From the NCBI GenBank assembly GCA_963845065.1, contig CAWJQQ010000009.1:960001-1024000 (forward strand): a stretch of 64,000 nt of DNA. The letters run 5' to 3'. Shown one piece after another: positions 38,990-49,668 of the stretch. The notes beneath the pieces are model-generated. The model saw only the letters and a program-made list of their open reading frames with translations, did not search any database and was not told the origin of the DNA. A program made the position numbers and the translations under genes. The number at the start of each line of letters is the position of its first letter. The stretch's first letter is position 1. This stretch comes from Nitrospirota bacterium. Its GTDB lineage: Bacteria; Nitrospirota; UBA9217.

Positions 38990-40120
38990 ATGAATGACAC
39001 AAGCGGTGAAACGTTTCATTGGCAGTTTTCGGACGAATATGTTGTTGATTGGTTTTCCCGAGAACTGAAGGACAATGTAGAGAAATATTACTCCGATTTA
39101 ACGCCGGCCGGAGTAAGAATAACGGGTAAAGCGTGGGGCGGCCAGGAAACAGCGAGAACGTTTAGATTCGAGATTCGGCCGATTCATCGTTCAGTTTCAC
39201 GCATCATTTTCATTAAATTAACGCCTTTTTTCCCGAGCATGAACCCTGCGGTCCTGGAATATGCAACACTGAAATTATTGTATGACAAAATCCCTTTGGT
39301 CCGGGATAATTGTCATGTTTCCCGTCCCCTCGATTATTACCCGAACTTCAACGCCTATTCCATGGAATCTGTGGGTACTATAAGTTTCAAACCATACTTA
39401 TTGAAAAACAATTCAAGATTCCGGAGTGATCACGCGATCTCAGATCTATTCTCAATCGTGTCGGGTTCTGCAGGCTGGTTATCGGCATTTCATAAAATCA
39501 CGAAATCAAAAATAAGCATTCAATTCGACCACAAGACGATTCTCGATGGCATTAATGAGGATTTTGACTTTTTTTCCCTCGGGAAATTTCATTTCAGCAA
39601 GGAGATGATCCGGCAACTGGACCACTTGATGCAAAACCTTGCTTTGCTTGATAACAAATACGACTTGCCATGCGCCAAGTGGCACTGGGATTTTACTCCA
39701 GGACACGTTTATTTGGATAATAATAGGATAAGCGTGATCGATATCCTAGGGATCGATGATACGCCCATCTTTGAGGATATAGGACGTTTTCTCGCGAGCA
39801 TGACAGCCATCAATAACTTCCCCTTTTATCCTTTTTATGATTTTCAACGCGCTGAAGGGCCTCTGTGCGATAGGTTCATGGAAGCCTATTTATCGGCTAC
39901 GGAATACGACAAGGAACAGTTTCTTTTATTCACATACATTTATAAATTGAAATATCTCATTATCTGGTTTTTTTCACAGCATCAGAGAGTAAGCCGCAAG
40001 GTGAACCTGGCTGTCGGCACTGCATTCGCCAATCTGAGACTCGTTTCATTTTATGAAATACCGATCATGCACACTATAAATAAAATCACTGAAAAATTTA
40101 AAAGCGTATGCTGCGGGTGA
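38990..40120 (+). CDS. APH/kinase-like phosphotransferase
   Basis: WLSAFH, HWDFTPGHV catalytic-loop-like motif, VID, EDIGRFL. ORF track start is 38939. Confidence 0.55.
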   Translation: MNDTSGETFHWQFSDEYVVDWFSRELKDNVEKYYSDLTPAGVRITGKAWGGQETARTFRFEIRPIHRSVSRIIFIKLTPFFPSMNPAVLEYATLKLLYDKIPLVRDNCHVSRPLDYYPNFNAYSMESVGTISFKPYLLKNNSRFRSDHAISDLFSIVSGSAGWLSAFHKITKSKISIQFDHKTILDGINEDFDFFSLGKFHFSKEMIRQLDHLMQNLALLDNKYDLPCAKWHWDFTPGHVYLDNNRISVIDILGIDDTPIFEDIGRFLASMTAINNFPFYPFYDFQRAEGPLCDRFMEAYLSATEYDKEQFLLFTYIYKLKYLIIWFFSQHQRVSRKVNLAVGTAFANLRLVSFYEIPIMHTINKITEKFKSVCCG

Positions 40121-40128
40121 GATAAACC

Positions 40129-41472
40129 ATGTTATTTAAAGCCGTTCTCATATCTATATTTTCTGATGCGTGCAAGATCCAATCCTTGATCCCGGCACTC
40201 TCTGCAATCATGTTTCAGAAAATCATGGTCATCATTCCTTTCATCGGGATGCTCTTTTCACCAACGATGATTAAAAATATATTTAAAAGTTTCAGCTTAC
40301 CCAGCGGTAAAGCACTCTTGTTTTTAGTCGTTTGGATGGTGATCTCGGTCCCTTTTTCCATTTATCCCGGCGAAGGTTTCAGTTTTCTGACGGAGCACCT
40401 ATGGAAATTGTTGATTACTCTCTGTTTGATCGTAGCTTATGGCTACACTGAAGACTCTCTTGATAAAATGATATGGGCATTCATTTTAGCTGTTGGCATT
40501 TTCGGCGTTCTTGCTTTTATCAGCTACAGGACTGGCAGATTTTCAGCCGTCACGGAATATGATCCTAATGAAAATGCGCTTCTTTTTGTGTTGGCGGTCC
40601 CATTTATTTTTTGGAAGATGATGGCCATGCGCGGGGTAAAAAAGATATTGATGGGGTGTCTGTTAGGCCTTCTCGTATTGGGACTCGTAGATACGCAATC
40701 GAGGGGAGGTTTTTTAGGGCTTGCTGCCGTTACGATCGTGAGTGTTTACCAATACAAGCGTGCTACCGGCATAAATATCTTCAACATTAAAATAGCAGCA
40801 ACCATTGCAGTAATCATGGGCGTACTGTACTTTGCCGGAGGCGAGCAATATTCTAACAGGATATCATCGATATTCAATCCGGAAAATGACTATAACTATA
40901 CAGCGGAAAGCGGCAGATTAACGATCTGGAAGCAGGGCCTATCCCTTATGGTTCACAACCCCTTACTTGGCGTTGGTATAGATTCGTTTGAGACCGGCTT
41001 GGGGCGGACATTCAGGATGGATGAGGGGGAATGGCAAGCCGCACATAATTCCTTTATCCAGGTGGGAGGTGAACTCGGTTTTCCTGGGTTAATTGCCTTT
41101 TGTTTCATCATAGTGAGCACGTTAGTACAACTTAAAAAAGCATCTACTGCACAGGATGTGCTAAAGGCTGATGCCAGTGGAGATTCCCCGAACAAGAAGA
41201 TGAAAGAGCTGAATCTTCTTCCTATCACGGCGTATTCATTAATTGGCTCCTGGACTGGCTTTATTGTATGCGGTTCGTTCCTCTCCGAAGCCTATGGTAA
41301 CCTAATATTTTTTCTCATCGGCACGTCATGGGCATGCATAAATATTGCAAGCACTCCACAAGAAAGGAAAGAACCGGACCTGCCGGTAAGCGATGTCAAA
41401 AGTGAAGCCCCCAAGCTGCGTCTGGCGGGCTCGGCAGCATCCTCTCTAAAAAAATATGGCCGGTATCGTTAA
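40129..41472 (+). CDS. O-antigen ligase/Wzy-family membrane protein
   Basis: Multiple TMs; TQSRGG, GRLTIW, AHNSFIQVGGELGFPG. Confidence 0.85.
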   Translation: MLFKAVLISIFSDACKIQSLIPALSAIMFQKIMVIIPFIGMLFSPTMIKNIFKSFSLPSGKALLFLVVWMVISVPFSIYPGEGFSFLTEHLWKLLITLCLIVAYGYTEDSLDKMIWAFILAVGIFGVLAFISYRTGRFSAVTEYDPNENALLFVLAVPFIFWKMMAMRGVKKILMGCLLGLLVLGLVDTQSRGGFLGLAAVTIVSVYQYKRATGINIFNIKIAATIAVIMGVLYFAGGEQYSNRISSIFNPENDYNYTAESGRLTIWKQGLSLMVHNPLLGVGIDSFETGLGRTFRMDEGEWQAAHNSFIQVGGELGFPGLIAFCFIIVSTLVQLKKASTAQDVLKADASGDSPNKKMKELNLLPITAYSLIGSWTGFIVCGSFLSEAYGNLIFFLIGTSWACINIASTPQERKEPDLPVSDVKSEAPKLRLAGSAASSLKKYGRYR

Positions 41473-42712
41473 TATAGTAGTTCAAGGCTTCTTGATTATC
41501 CTGATCGCCTATTTAACCGCGAGCGTTTTATATAATCTTGCGCTTGCCGCCGCCTATTTGCTGATACGGAGAAAAACGCAGCCGCCTGCTCAAGTTCGCA
41601 CGAGGTTCGCCATCGTCGTCCCCGCGCACAATGAAGAACTGCTTATCGACAAGTTCTGTAATAATATTTTGCAAACAGACTATCCGTCGAGCATGCGCGA
41701 GATCTATATTATTGCCGATAATTGCACCGATAAAACAGCTGACATATGCAGCTCTTATCCCTTAACTGTATTGCGACGTTTTAATAAGACCGATATCGGA
41801 AAAGGATATGCGCTCAAATGGGCTTTTGAACATATCGATATGAGCGTATTCGACGCTGTCCTGATTCTAGACGCGGACACAACAGTAGAGCCTTCAATTC
41901 TTCAAAATCTTAATACCATGATCTCTCAAGGGTCGGAAGCTATCCAGTGTTATATCAAAGTTCCGAATCGCCATGAAAGCTGGTTTACTCAGCTGATTTA
42001 TGTTTCGCGCACGATCAACAATCTGCTTTATCATTTTGCGAAATATAAATTGGGTTTATCCTCATACTTAATGGGGACCGGGATGTGTTTTAAGACCAGT
42101 CTTTTACGAGAACAGACCTGGTCGGCTTTTACTCTTTCCGAGGATTGGGAATATTTTGCTAAATTGATCGGGTTGGGAAAAAAGATTGATTTTGCCGTAG
42201 GAGCCGTTGTCCTACAACAGGAGTCACGGTCTCTCAAACAGGCAACGACCCAGCGTTTGCGGTGGTCCAAGGGCAGGTTTTATGTCATCAAGAATCTCGG
42301 GTTGAACCTCTTGTTCCGGGGTCTGCGCACCAGGAATTGGATCATGGTAGATGCGTCATTGGCGCTGTTATTCCCGAACTGGTCACTGCAGATAAATCTG
42401 ATCCTTGTGGCTTTGTGCATAAGCTTGGTAATCCCCTCCTCTATTGTTAAATCAGCATCACTCATTTTAAGTATTGGTATGCTCGGCGGGCAGGGAATTA
42501 TTCTAATCATAGGAATGGCACTTGCAGGCGAAGTCTGGCATGTATTAAAGGCCATCTTAATTGCCCCGCTTTTTCTCGTATGGAAATTTACAATCGATTT
42601 CGTCAGCATGACTGGCATCTATCGCGGCAAGGAGTGGATCAGGACTGCACGGCACATCCCTAAAAACGAAGCAGGGGAAATTGAGTCTACTAAAAGTATT
42701 CGACAGAAATAA
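41456..42712 (+). CDS. Glycosyltransferase family 2
   Basis: VPAHNEE, ADNCTD, GKGYAL, LDAD, ED, QRLRW. Confidence 0.9.
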   Translation: MAGIVNIVVQGFLIILIAYLTASVLYNLALAAAYLLIRRKTQPPAQVRTRFAIVVPAHNEELLIDKFCNNILQTDYPSSMREIYIIADNCTDKTADICSSYPLTVLRRFNKTDIGKGYALKWAFEHIDMSVFDAVLILDADTTVEPSILQNLNTMISQGSEAIQCYIKVPNRHESWFTQLIYVSRTINNLLYHFAKYKLGLSSYLMGTGMCFKTSLLREQTWSAFTLSEDWEYFAKLIGLGKKIDFAVGAVVLQQESRSLKQATTQRLRWSKGRFYVIKNLGLNLLFRGLRTRNWIMVDASLALLFPNWSLQINLILVALCISLVIPSSIVKSASLILSIGMLGGQGIILIIGMALAGEVWHVLKAILIAPLFLVWKFTIDFVSMTGIYRGKEWIRTARHIPKNEAGEIESTKSIRQK

Positions 42713-42739
42713 TGATTAGAGAAAGAGAGATACGATAAC

Positions 42740-44845
42740 ATGAAAATAGGCATTGTCGGCTGCGGCCTGAATTCTGACTACCACATAAACTTCTCACGGT
42801 CCTATCCTGGAGCTGAGATCGTTGGCGTCGTGGATAAGGATGCACAGAAGGCAAATGAATGTGCACAAAAGTACGGCATCCCTGCGGTATTTGGAAGCAT
42901 CAAGGACCTCGTCCTGAAGGTAAAACCGGATGTTATTCACATCGTTACCCCGCCAAAGACCCACGCTGCCTTGGCCAAAGAGGCGATTACGATGAAATGC
43001 CATGTCCTGGTTGAAAAGCCCTTGGCGCTAAATCTTTCCGAGGCAAAGGAGTTGTATGATCTGGCGGAACAATACGGTGTCAAACTTTGTACTATGCACA
43101 ATCACTTCTTTGATCCCTGTTTCTCCAGTGTCGATGAACACGTAAAAAAAGGCGACTTCGGCAAGATCATGAACGTTGAGAGTTATTATGGTCTGAATAC
43201 GCAAATTCCAGCATTCAGGGAATATCCTGCGCCGAATGTTCTTCCCTGGCTTTATACCATGCCAGGAGGTGTCTACCATGATTTCATGGCGCACCCGCTG
43301 TATGTGATGCTGGACTACACGGGAAAACCGAAAGAGATCAAAGTGATGCACAGGACATGCGGCACGCTTCCCCATTGCATTCCAGACGAACTAAGGATTC
43401 TTATAAACGGAGAAAAAGCTTTCGGTATGCTTACGTTTTCGTTCGCGGCAAAACCGCATCTTCATTTTGTCAGGATCTATGGCACAAGAATGATGGCAGA
43501 AGTGGACTTTAATACAATGGTAAATGTAATACATCCACTTAGCTCTCTTCCCAAGGCGGCCCAAAAGGCAACGTACAACCTGGCTGAGAGCTGGCAACTT
43601 TTCAAATCAACGACGGCCAATGTCATTAACTTTGTGCGCGGCAAGCTGAAACCCTATCAGGGGATGCAGATTCTCATACATCGGTATTATGATTTCCTCC
43701 AGGGAAAAGGTGAAATACCCGTAACCCGGGAGCAGGCTCTTCTGGTTTTAGAGACAATGGATGAGATCTGGAGACAAATACCTCCCAAACAGTTTGACTT
43801 CTCACCCATTGCTCCTGCTAGGCCCTATGCACTGAATCATAAGGGAAAGGTCCTGCTGACAGGCGGAACGGGCTTTTTGGGAAGTCAGTTAATCCAACGA
43901 CTGATTGCAGAAGGCTATCCCGTGCGGGTTTTGGCGAGAAAATTGTCGAAAATTGACCACCTGAGTAAGTTCGGAGTTGAAATCTATTTCGGTGACGTGG
44001 CGGACATAGAGTCGTTGTCAGCGGCATTTGCTGGCATCAATCTGGTCATCCATGCGGCCGCTGATACGGCTGGTAACGCGAAGGCAGGGGAATTGAGCAC
44101 TATCCAGGGCACGAAAAATATCCTCGATCTTTGCCGGCAATTCTCGGTGAAAAAACTCGTTTATATCAGCTCCTGCAGCGTCTACGGCGTTGCCGATTAC
44201 AAAAAAGGAGAGTTGGTGACCGAAAACTCATCTCTTGAGCGTTTCCCGGAACTCAGGGGACATTATTCTTTGGCAAAACTCAAAGCCGAACAGCTCATTA
44301 CCGAGGCCATGGCCAATGGACAGCTGCCAATCGTCTGTCTCCGGCCTGGTACGTATTTCGGCCCCGGAGGTGATATTTTTACGCCTATGATGGGCCTTTC
44401 CGCAGGTAGTAAAATGTTTGCAATTATCGGAAGGGGTGATTTCGTTCTGCCGCTCGTGAGCACCGACAACCTTGTGGATGCAATCATTGCAGTCATGCAG
44501 AAGAACGAGGGTAACGGGAGAATTTATAATGTTGTAGATAGCGATCTTCCGACCAAGAAGCAGTATGTCGAGTCGTTCCTAAAAAAACTCTATCCCAAGG
44601 CAAAATACCTCTACATACCATACACCGTGTTTTACGGGATTGTCTATCTTCAGGAAATCATGATAGGAATGCTGAAGAGGAACCCATTTCTGACACGGTA
44701 CCGCCTTGTGTCATCACAAAAGAAGATATCTTACGATTCCTCTAGAATCCGGAACGAGCTGAAATGGACGCCGCCCTCCACCATGCAGGAAACCTATGAA
44801 AAAGTCATTGCCTATGAGTGGAACAAGGCTGCAGTCCGGAATTGA
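42740..44845 (+). CDS. Fusion of Gfo/Idh/MocA oxidoreductase and NAD-dependent epimerase/dehydratase
   Basis: GIVGCG and VEKP in the N-half; TGGTGFLG, ISSCSVYG and YSLAK in the C-half. Confidence 0.88.
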   Translation: MKIGIVGCGLNSDYHINFSRSYPGAEIVGVVDKDAQKANECAQKYGIPAVFGSIKDLVLKVKPDVIHIVTPPKTHAALAKEAITMKCHVLVEKPLALNLSEAKELYDLAEQYGVKLCTMHNHFFDPCFSSVDEHVKKGDFGKIMNVESYYGLNTQIPAFREYPAPNVLPWLYTMPGGVYHDFMAHPLYVMLDYTGKPKEIKVMHRTCGTLPHCIPDELRILINGEKAFGMLTFSFAAKPHLHFVRIYGTRMMAEVDFNTMVNVIHPLSSLPKAAQKATYNLAESWQLFKSTTANVINFVRGKLKPYQGMQILIHRYYDFLQGKGEIPVTREQALLVLETMDEIWRQIPPKQFDFSPIAPARPYALNHKGKVLLTGGTGFLGSQLIQRLIAEGYPVRVLARKLSKIDHLSKFGVEIYFGDVADIESLSAAFAGINLVIHAAADTAGNAKAGELSTIQGTKNILDLCRQFSVKKLVYISSCSVYGVADYKKGELVTENSSLERFPELRGHYSLAKLKAEQLITEAMANGQLPIVCLRPGTYFGPGGDIFTPMMGLSAGSKMFAIIGRGDFVLPLVSTDNLVDAIIAVMQKNEGNGRIYNVVDSDLPTKKQYVESFLKKLYPKAKYLYIPYTVFYGIVYLQEIMIGMLKRNPFLTRYRLVSSQKKISYDSSRIRNELKWTPPSTMQETYEKVIAYEWNKAAVRN

Positions 44846-44854
44846 GACAACCCT

Positions 44855-46849
44855 ATGTGCGGAATATTCGGTGTAGCATCTGATAATGTGAAAGATTTTC
44901 CTCTGGAGCAGGTAACGAACACGCTGTTTCACCGGGGGCCTGACGAGGGGGGAACCTATCGCGACGACCATGTCGCTTTGGGACACCGGAGGCTTAGCAT
45001 TATCGACCTATCGTCGGGACAGCAGCCCATGTTCAACGAAGACCGATCGCAGTGTGTCGTCTTTAACGGGGAGATTTATAATTTTATGGAGCTCCGGGAC
45101 GAATTGATCGGGAAAGGGCATGTATTCACGACTAAAAGCGACACCGAAACCATTCTCCATGCCTATGAAGAATGGGGCGAACGCAGCGTTGAGCGTTACC
45201 GCGGCATGTTTGCTTTTGCCGTCTGGGACAGCAAACGAAAAAAACTGTTTCTTGCACGGGATCGGTTCGGTATAAAGCCGCTCTTTTATGCGGTCCGAAA
45301 TGGACGGCTGTTTTTTGCCTCCGAAATGAAGGCAATTCTTGCAAGTGGGGAGATCGACAGGGACATGGATGAAGAAGCGGTTGCCTGTTATTTCACGCTC
45401 TCCTACATCCCGGCTCCCCTCACGATTTTTAAGGATATTCGTAAGCTGCTACCGGGTCACACCTTGACCTGGCAGAACGGCAGGTTTTTGATACGTAAAT
45501 ACTGGGACCTTTCCGTTGTCCCGGACAGAGGCAAGACGGAAAAGGAATTCATCAGCGGATTCATGGACCTCTTCCAGGATTCGGTGCAGGGCCACCTGAT
45601 CAGTGACGTCCCCTTGGGCGCTTTTTTGAGCGGCGGGATAGACTCAAGTGCCGTAGTTGCCATGATGAGTGCAGCTAGCAAGGCCCGAGTGAATACGTTT
45701 TCGATCGGGTTCGGCGGGGACACCGGCGGCTATCTGGATGAACGATGTTATGCCAGAATGGTCGCAAAACGGTACGAGACCAACCATCACGAGTATGAAG
45801 TACTGCCGGAACCGCAGGGCATCGTTGAAAAGATCGTTAGGTCCTTTGATGAGCCATTTGCGGATGATTCCGCCATACCCTCCTATTATGTCTGCAAGAT
45901 AGCGCGGGAAAACGTTAAGGTTGCCCTGTCCGGTCTGGGTGGCGACGAGGCCTTTGGAGGGTACGAACGTTATCTCGGGTTCAGGCTGCGCGGTTTGTAC
46001 AATCGGATACCAGGCTTCGTACGCAGGAACCTCATCCAACATTTCGTCGAAGGACTGGCTGAGAGGCCTGACGGCCACTACACGATAAACCACATGAAAC
46101 GGTTTGTCCGCTCGAGCGCTTCGTCCGCAGACGCAGCTTACTTCGGCTACATTTCTCGTTGGAATCCAACATTGCAGGGGTCCTTGTTCTCCGATGCCGG
46201 ACGGTTTCAGAAACACCATGAGTCTTGCAAGGAACTCATGCTCGGCTATTTCAACTCCCCTCAGGTGCAGGACGCCCCAGACTCGTTAAACAGGGTCATA
46301 TACTGCGACATTAAGACCTATCTTCCCGATGATATCCTTACAGTTACCGACAGGATGAGCATGTACCATGCCCTGGAGGTGAGGGTGCCCTTCGTGGACC
46401 ATAAAGTGCTCGAATTCTGCTCCACGATTCCTCCTGAAATGAAATTGAAATGGTTCAGGAAGAAATACCTTCTTAAGAAAGCTGTGGCACCGCTTTTGCC
46501 AAAAGAGGTCATCGATCACCGAAAACAGGGTTTCGTTGGGCCTATGACGCGCTGGCTTCAGACAGACTTGAAACAGTACGTGCTGGATACGCTCAACGAG
46601 AGGAACCTGAACAAACACGGCCTCCTGAATGCCTTGACCGTGAAAAGAATAACGGACGAACATTTCAGCGGGAAGGAAATTCATGACACGCTTATCTGGT
46701 CCCTCGTCATTTTCCAGAAGTGGTTCGATGAATATGCCGGGAGACCGGAGCTTCCGGAAGTGCACAGGCCGTCTGGACAACATGATGAACAAAAAACAGC
46801 AGTGAGCGGCATGGAGGACGTCTCATCGTCAAGGACCACCGTCGTATGA
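44855..46849 (+). CDS. asnB: Asparagine synthetase-like glutamine amidotransferase 2
   Basis: MCG start, HRGPD, RRLSIID, LSGGIDSS, DEPFAD, GGDE. Confidence 0.9.
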   Translation: MCGIFGVASDNVKDFPLEQVTNTLFHRGPDEGGTYRDDHVALGHRRLSIIDLSSGQQPMFNEDRSQCVVFNGEIYNFMELRDELIGKGHVFTTKSDTETILHAYEEWGERSVERYRGMFAFAVWDSKRKKLFLARDRFGIKPLFYAVRNGRLFFASEMKAILASGEIDRDMDEEAVACYFTLSYIPAPLTIFKDIRKLLPGHTLTWQNGRFLIRKYWDLSVVPDRGKTEKEFISGFMDLFQDSVQGHLISDVPLGAFLSGGIDSSAVVAMMSAASKARVNTFSIGFGGDTGGYLDERCYARMVAKRYETNHHEYEVLPEPQGIVEKIVRSFDEPFADDSAIPSYYVCKIARENVKVALSGLGGDEAFGGYERYLGFRLRGLYNRIPGFVRRNLIQHFVEGLAERPDGHYTINHMKRFVRSSASSADAAYFGYISRWNPTLQGSLFSDAGRFQKHHESCKELMLGYFNSPQVQDAPDSLNRVIYCDIKTYLPDDILTVTDRMSMYHALEVRVPFVDHKVLEFCSTIPPEMKLKWFRKKYLLKKAVAPLLPKEVIDHRKQGFVGPMTRWLQTDLKQYVLDTLNERNLNKHGLLNALTVKRITDEHFSGKEIHDTLIWSLVIFQKWFDEYAGRPELPEVHRPSGQHDEQKTAVSGMEDVSSSRTTVV

Positions 46850-48342
46850 GCGAAGATGTCGGGAAAAAGACCCGTTCGAGCATGTACTGGAATCTTTCGT
46901 TTCGGATTCCTTATGAAGCATTTCGTTTCGGTGTCTCTATTATCGTTGCGAGATTGTTGGACCCCAAAGACTTTGGGATCGTGTCGATAGCAACGATGAT
47001 TATATTCTATTCCAATACGCTGACCAATTTAGGCTTCAAGAGCGCGCTCGTGCAACGCAAAGAAATCACGAACGAGCACATCAGCTCGGTCTTCACTGCG
47101 GACCTGACGATTTCTTTTTTCATGGCTTGTCTGTTCTATTTTCTGGCGCCTGCAATAGCCGCCTTCTTTCATTCGCCCGAGAGTATTCCGGTTATACGGG
47201 TAATGTCGCTTACCTTCGTGATAACTACTTTTTACGACCTGCCGTATACTCTTTTTCGAAGAGACCTTAACTTCAAGGTCATTACCCTCGTCGATACCAT
47301 CAAAGAAACGTTCATGTCCACCATTACGGTGGTACTTGCCTACCTTGGTTTTAAATACTGGTCGATCGTATGGGGGCAATTGGTACCGCTTACGCTAGCC
47401 GCCATATATTTGATCGTAAAGGCCGAGCGTAAACCGTCGCTATCGTTCAGATACGGCGCATTAAAAGATCTATTCAATTACGGGGTCTGGAGTTTTGTCC
47501 GTTCGCAACTCTCCTTCTTCAGCAGCCGCCTGGACCGGTTGATCGTGGGGAGATATTTGGGCATGTCGGTACTCGGCATTTACGATAAATCAAAAAGCCT
47601 CAGCCAGATGCCGACTGAGAGCATTTCATCGAACATCAATAATGTTCTGTATTCATCATTCAGCCGCATCCAAGATAAAAAAGACGAAATCGTCAGTATG
47701 CTTAAAAAAAGCATAGTTCTCACGTCAGTCATCAATTTCCCCATTTTTGTCGGCTTGTATGCGATCGCGAACCATTTCGTTCCAGTCGTTCTGGGAGAAA
47801 AATGGAGTGCTATGATCATTCCTTTGCAAATCATGTGCATCAGTGGAATATTTGCTTCTTTTTCCGGCCTTTTACTGACCGCTGCGGTTAATATTGGCAA
47901 TTATAAAAAATATACGATCAGGCAGATGATAGCGACCGGTCTTCTTTTTATCCTCTGGCTCATAGTAGTAAGATGGGGGATCGTTGCGGTTGCTCTGGGT
48001 GCGGTGATATTCTCCCTTGTAACTTTTTTCATAGGCATAGGCATCGTCCGGGAAAAAATTCCCCTTTCCTGGATGGAATTTGCACGCTGTGTCGTCCCGG
48101 CTCTCATTGGATGCGCTGCCATGCTGATATGCGTGAAATCTATCTACATGCTGTTCATCACTCGATATACATTGATAAATCTCATCGCAATCGTTTCCGC
48201 TGGAGCTTTGACATATGTGGTCGTCATGTTGAAGATTCCCGGTAGCGCGCTCGAAAACCTGCGGTCATCACTCAAACGCGATTTGAACGTAGTGTGGGTA
48301 AAATTCAAGAATGCATGTACGTCCTCGTTGTCTTCAAGTTAA
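46846..48342 (+). CDS. wzx: Polysaccharide flippase (WzxC-like)
   Basis: ARLLDPKDFG, ALVQRK, D..IVGRYLG...LGIY; many TM segments. Confidence 0.88.
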   Translation: MSEDVGKKTRSSMYWNLSFRIPYEAFRFGVSIIVARLLDPKDFGIVSIATMIIFYSNTLTNLGFKSALVQRKEITNEHISSVFTADLTISFFMACLFYFLAPAIAAFFHSPESIPVIRVMSLTFVITTFYDLPYTLFRRDLNFKVITLVDTIKETFMSTITVVLAYLGFKYWSIVWGQLVPLTLAAIYLIVKAERKPSLSFRYGALKDLFNYGVWSFVRSQLSFFSSRLDRLIVGRYLGMSVLGIYDKSKSLSQMPTESISSNINNVLYSSFSRIQDKKDEIVSMLKKSIVLTSVINFPIFVGLYAIANHFVPVVLGEKWSAMIIPLQIMCISGIFASFSGLLLTAAVNIGNYKKYTIRQMIATGLLFILWLIVVRWGIVAVALGAVIFSLVTFFIGIGIVREKIPLSWMEFARCVVPALIGCAAMLICVKSIYMLFITRYTLINLIAIVSAGALTYVVVMLKIPGSALENLRSSLKRDLNVVWVKFKNACTSSLSSS

Positions 48343-48355
48343 GGGTGCCGTTGCT

Positions 48356-49531
48356 ATGAAAAAAATATTGTTTATTGAATCAAACAGAGACGGAACAGTC
48401 GGAGGCTCCTATTATAGCCTGTTGTACTTAATGCAGGGGCTGAATAAATCTAAATATGAACTGCACATTATATTCTGTCAAGATAACATGCTGGTCCCTC
48501 AATTTAGAAAAGTGACCCCCCATGTCTATATCAATAATTTCGGTCCTTCGCAAAGTATCCCTGTAAAAACAGCCGGAGACGTTATAAAATGGCCCTATCG
48601 TGTTCTGGACAAGCTGCTTCTGAAGCAAATTAAACTGAAAAGGATCATCAAAGAGATAAAACCTGATCTTGTCCATTTGAACAATGGCTACGCATGCATG
48701 CACGAATGGATGCTGGCATGCTATTTATCCGGTATAAAAGTGCTGGCGCATGACCGAGGGACCGAATATCCATGTAACATGCAGACGAAGTTATTCGTTC
48801 GCTTGCTTGACGTGATTATGTGCGTAAGCGACAGCTTTAAAGCTAATGTAGAGCGGCAGAACCTGAAGCCGAAAAGAATAAGAAGAGTCTATGACGGGAT
48901 CAGGGTCGATTCATTTCAGGACACCGACCCGTCAAAAGGTGATAATGTTAAGAGAGAGTTTGGCATTGCAGATGGGCAATTCGCGGTCGGCATAGTCGGC
49001 AACATCATACGGTGGAAGGGTCAGTTAGTTGTTTTACAGGCCATTAAACAGGTAAAAAAAATAATTCCCGGTATTAAGTGCCTGATTATCGGGAAAGTGG
49101 CCCAGCGCTCAGAAGATTATAAAAAAGAACTTGATGATTATGTCCGGAACAATGATCTGGGAAAAAACATTATTTTCACGGGCTTTAGAACGGATATCCC
49201 GGCCATCCTGAGTGCTTTAAATATTTTAATCCATGCTTCCGTCGACCCAGAACCGTTTGGCTTGGTAGTCTTGGAAGGGATGGCGATGCGTAAGCCAGTA
49301 ATCGCGACTAATCTGGGAGGTCCTGCTGAAATTGTCCTTCAGGATGAAACCGGAGTGCTGGTCCCTGCGAACGACCCGGAGAGTATGGCAGACGCAATCG
49401 TTTCCTGCTTGTCGAACAGAGACAAGGCACGTAAAATGGGTGAGCGAGGGCGCCAGCGGTTCATCGAAATGTTCAGCAGTGATAAAATGGTAGTGGAAAC
49501 TGAGAAAGTTTACGAAGAGGTATTTCAGTAA
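48356..49531 (+). CDS. Glycosyltransferase family 4
   Basis: WKGQ, EPFGLVVLEGMA. ORF track start is 48311. Confidence 0.9.
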   Translation: MKKILFIESNRDGTVGGSYYSLLYLMQGLNKSKYELHIIFCQDNMLVPQFRKVTPHVYINNFGPSQSIPVKTAGDVIKWPYRVLDKLLLKQIKLKRIIKEIKPDLVHLNNGYACMHEWMLACYLSGIKVLAHDRGTEYPCNMQTKLFVRLLDVIMCVSDSFKANVERQNLKPKRIRRVYDGIRVDSFQDTDPSKGDNVKREFGIADGQFAVGIVGNIIRWKGQLVVLQAIKQVKKIIPGIKCLIIGKVAQRSEDYKKELDDYVRNNDLGKNIIFTGFRTDIPAILSALNILIHASVDPEPFGLVVLEGMAMRKPVIATNLGGPAEIVLQDETGVLVPANDPESMADAIVSCLSNRDKARKMGERGRQRFIEMFSSDKMVVETEKVYEEVFQ

Positions 49532-49668
49532 AGAGCGTCCTTGTAGTCATACTCCATATAGTTCCGATCGGAAAGCTTTAATTGAGCATGGATTATAGTA
49601 GTTCATTACATAATTTAAATGGAACAATATTATTATCATGACTTTTTGGAATATGAAAGGGCAGGAAA

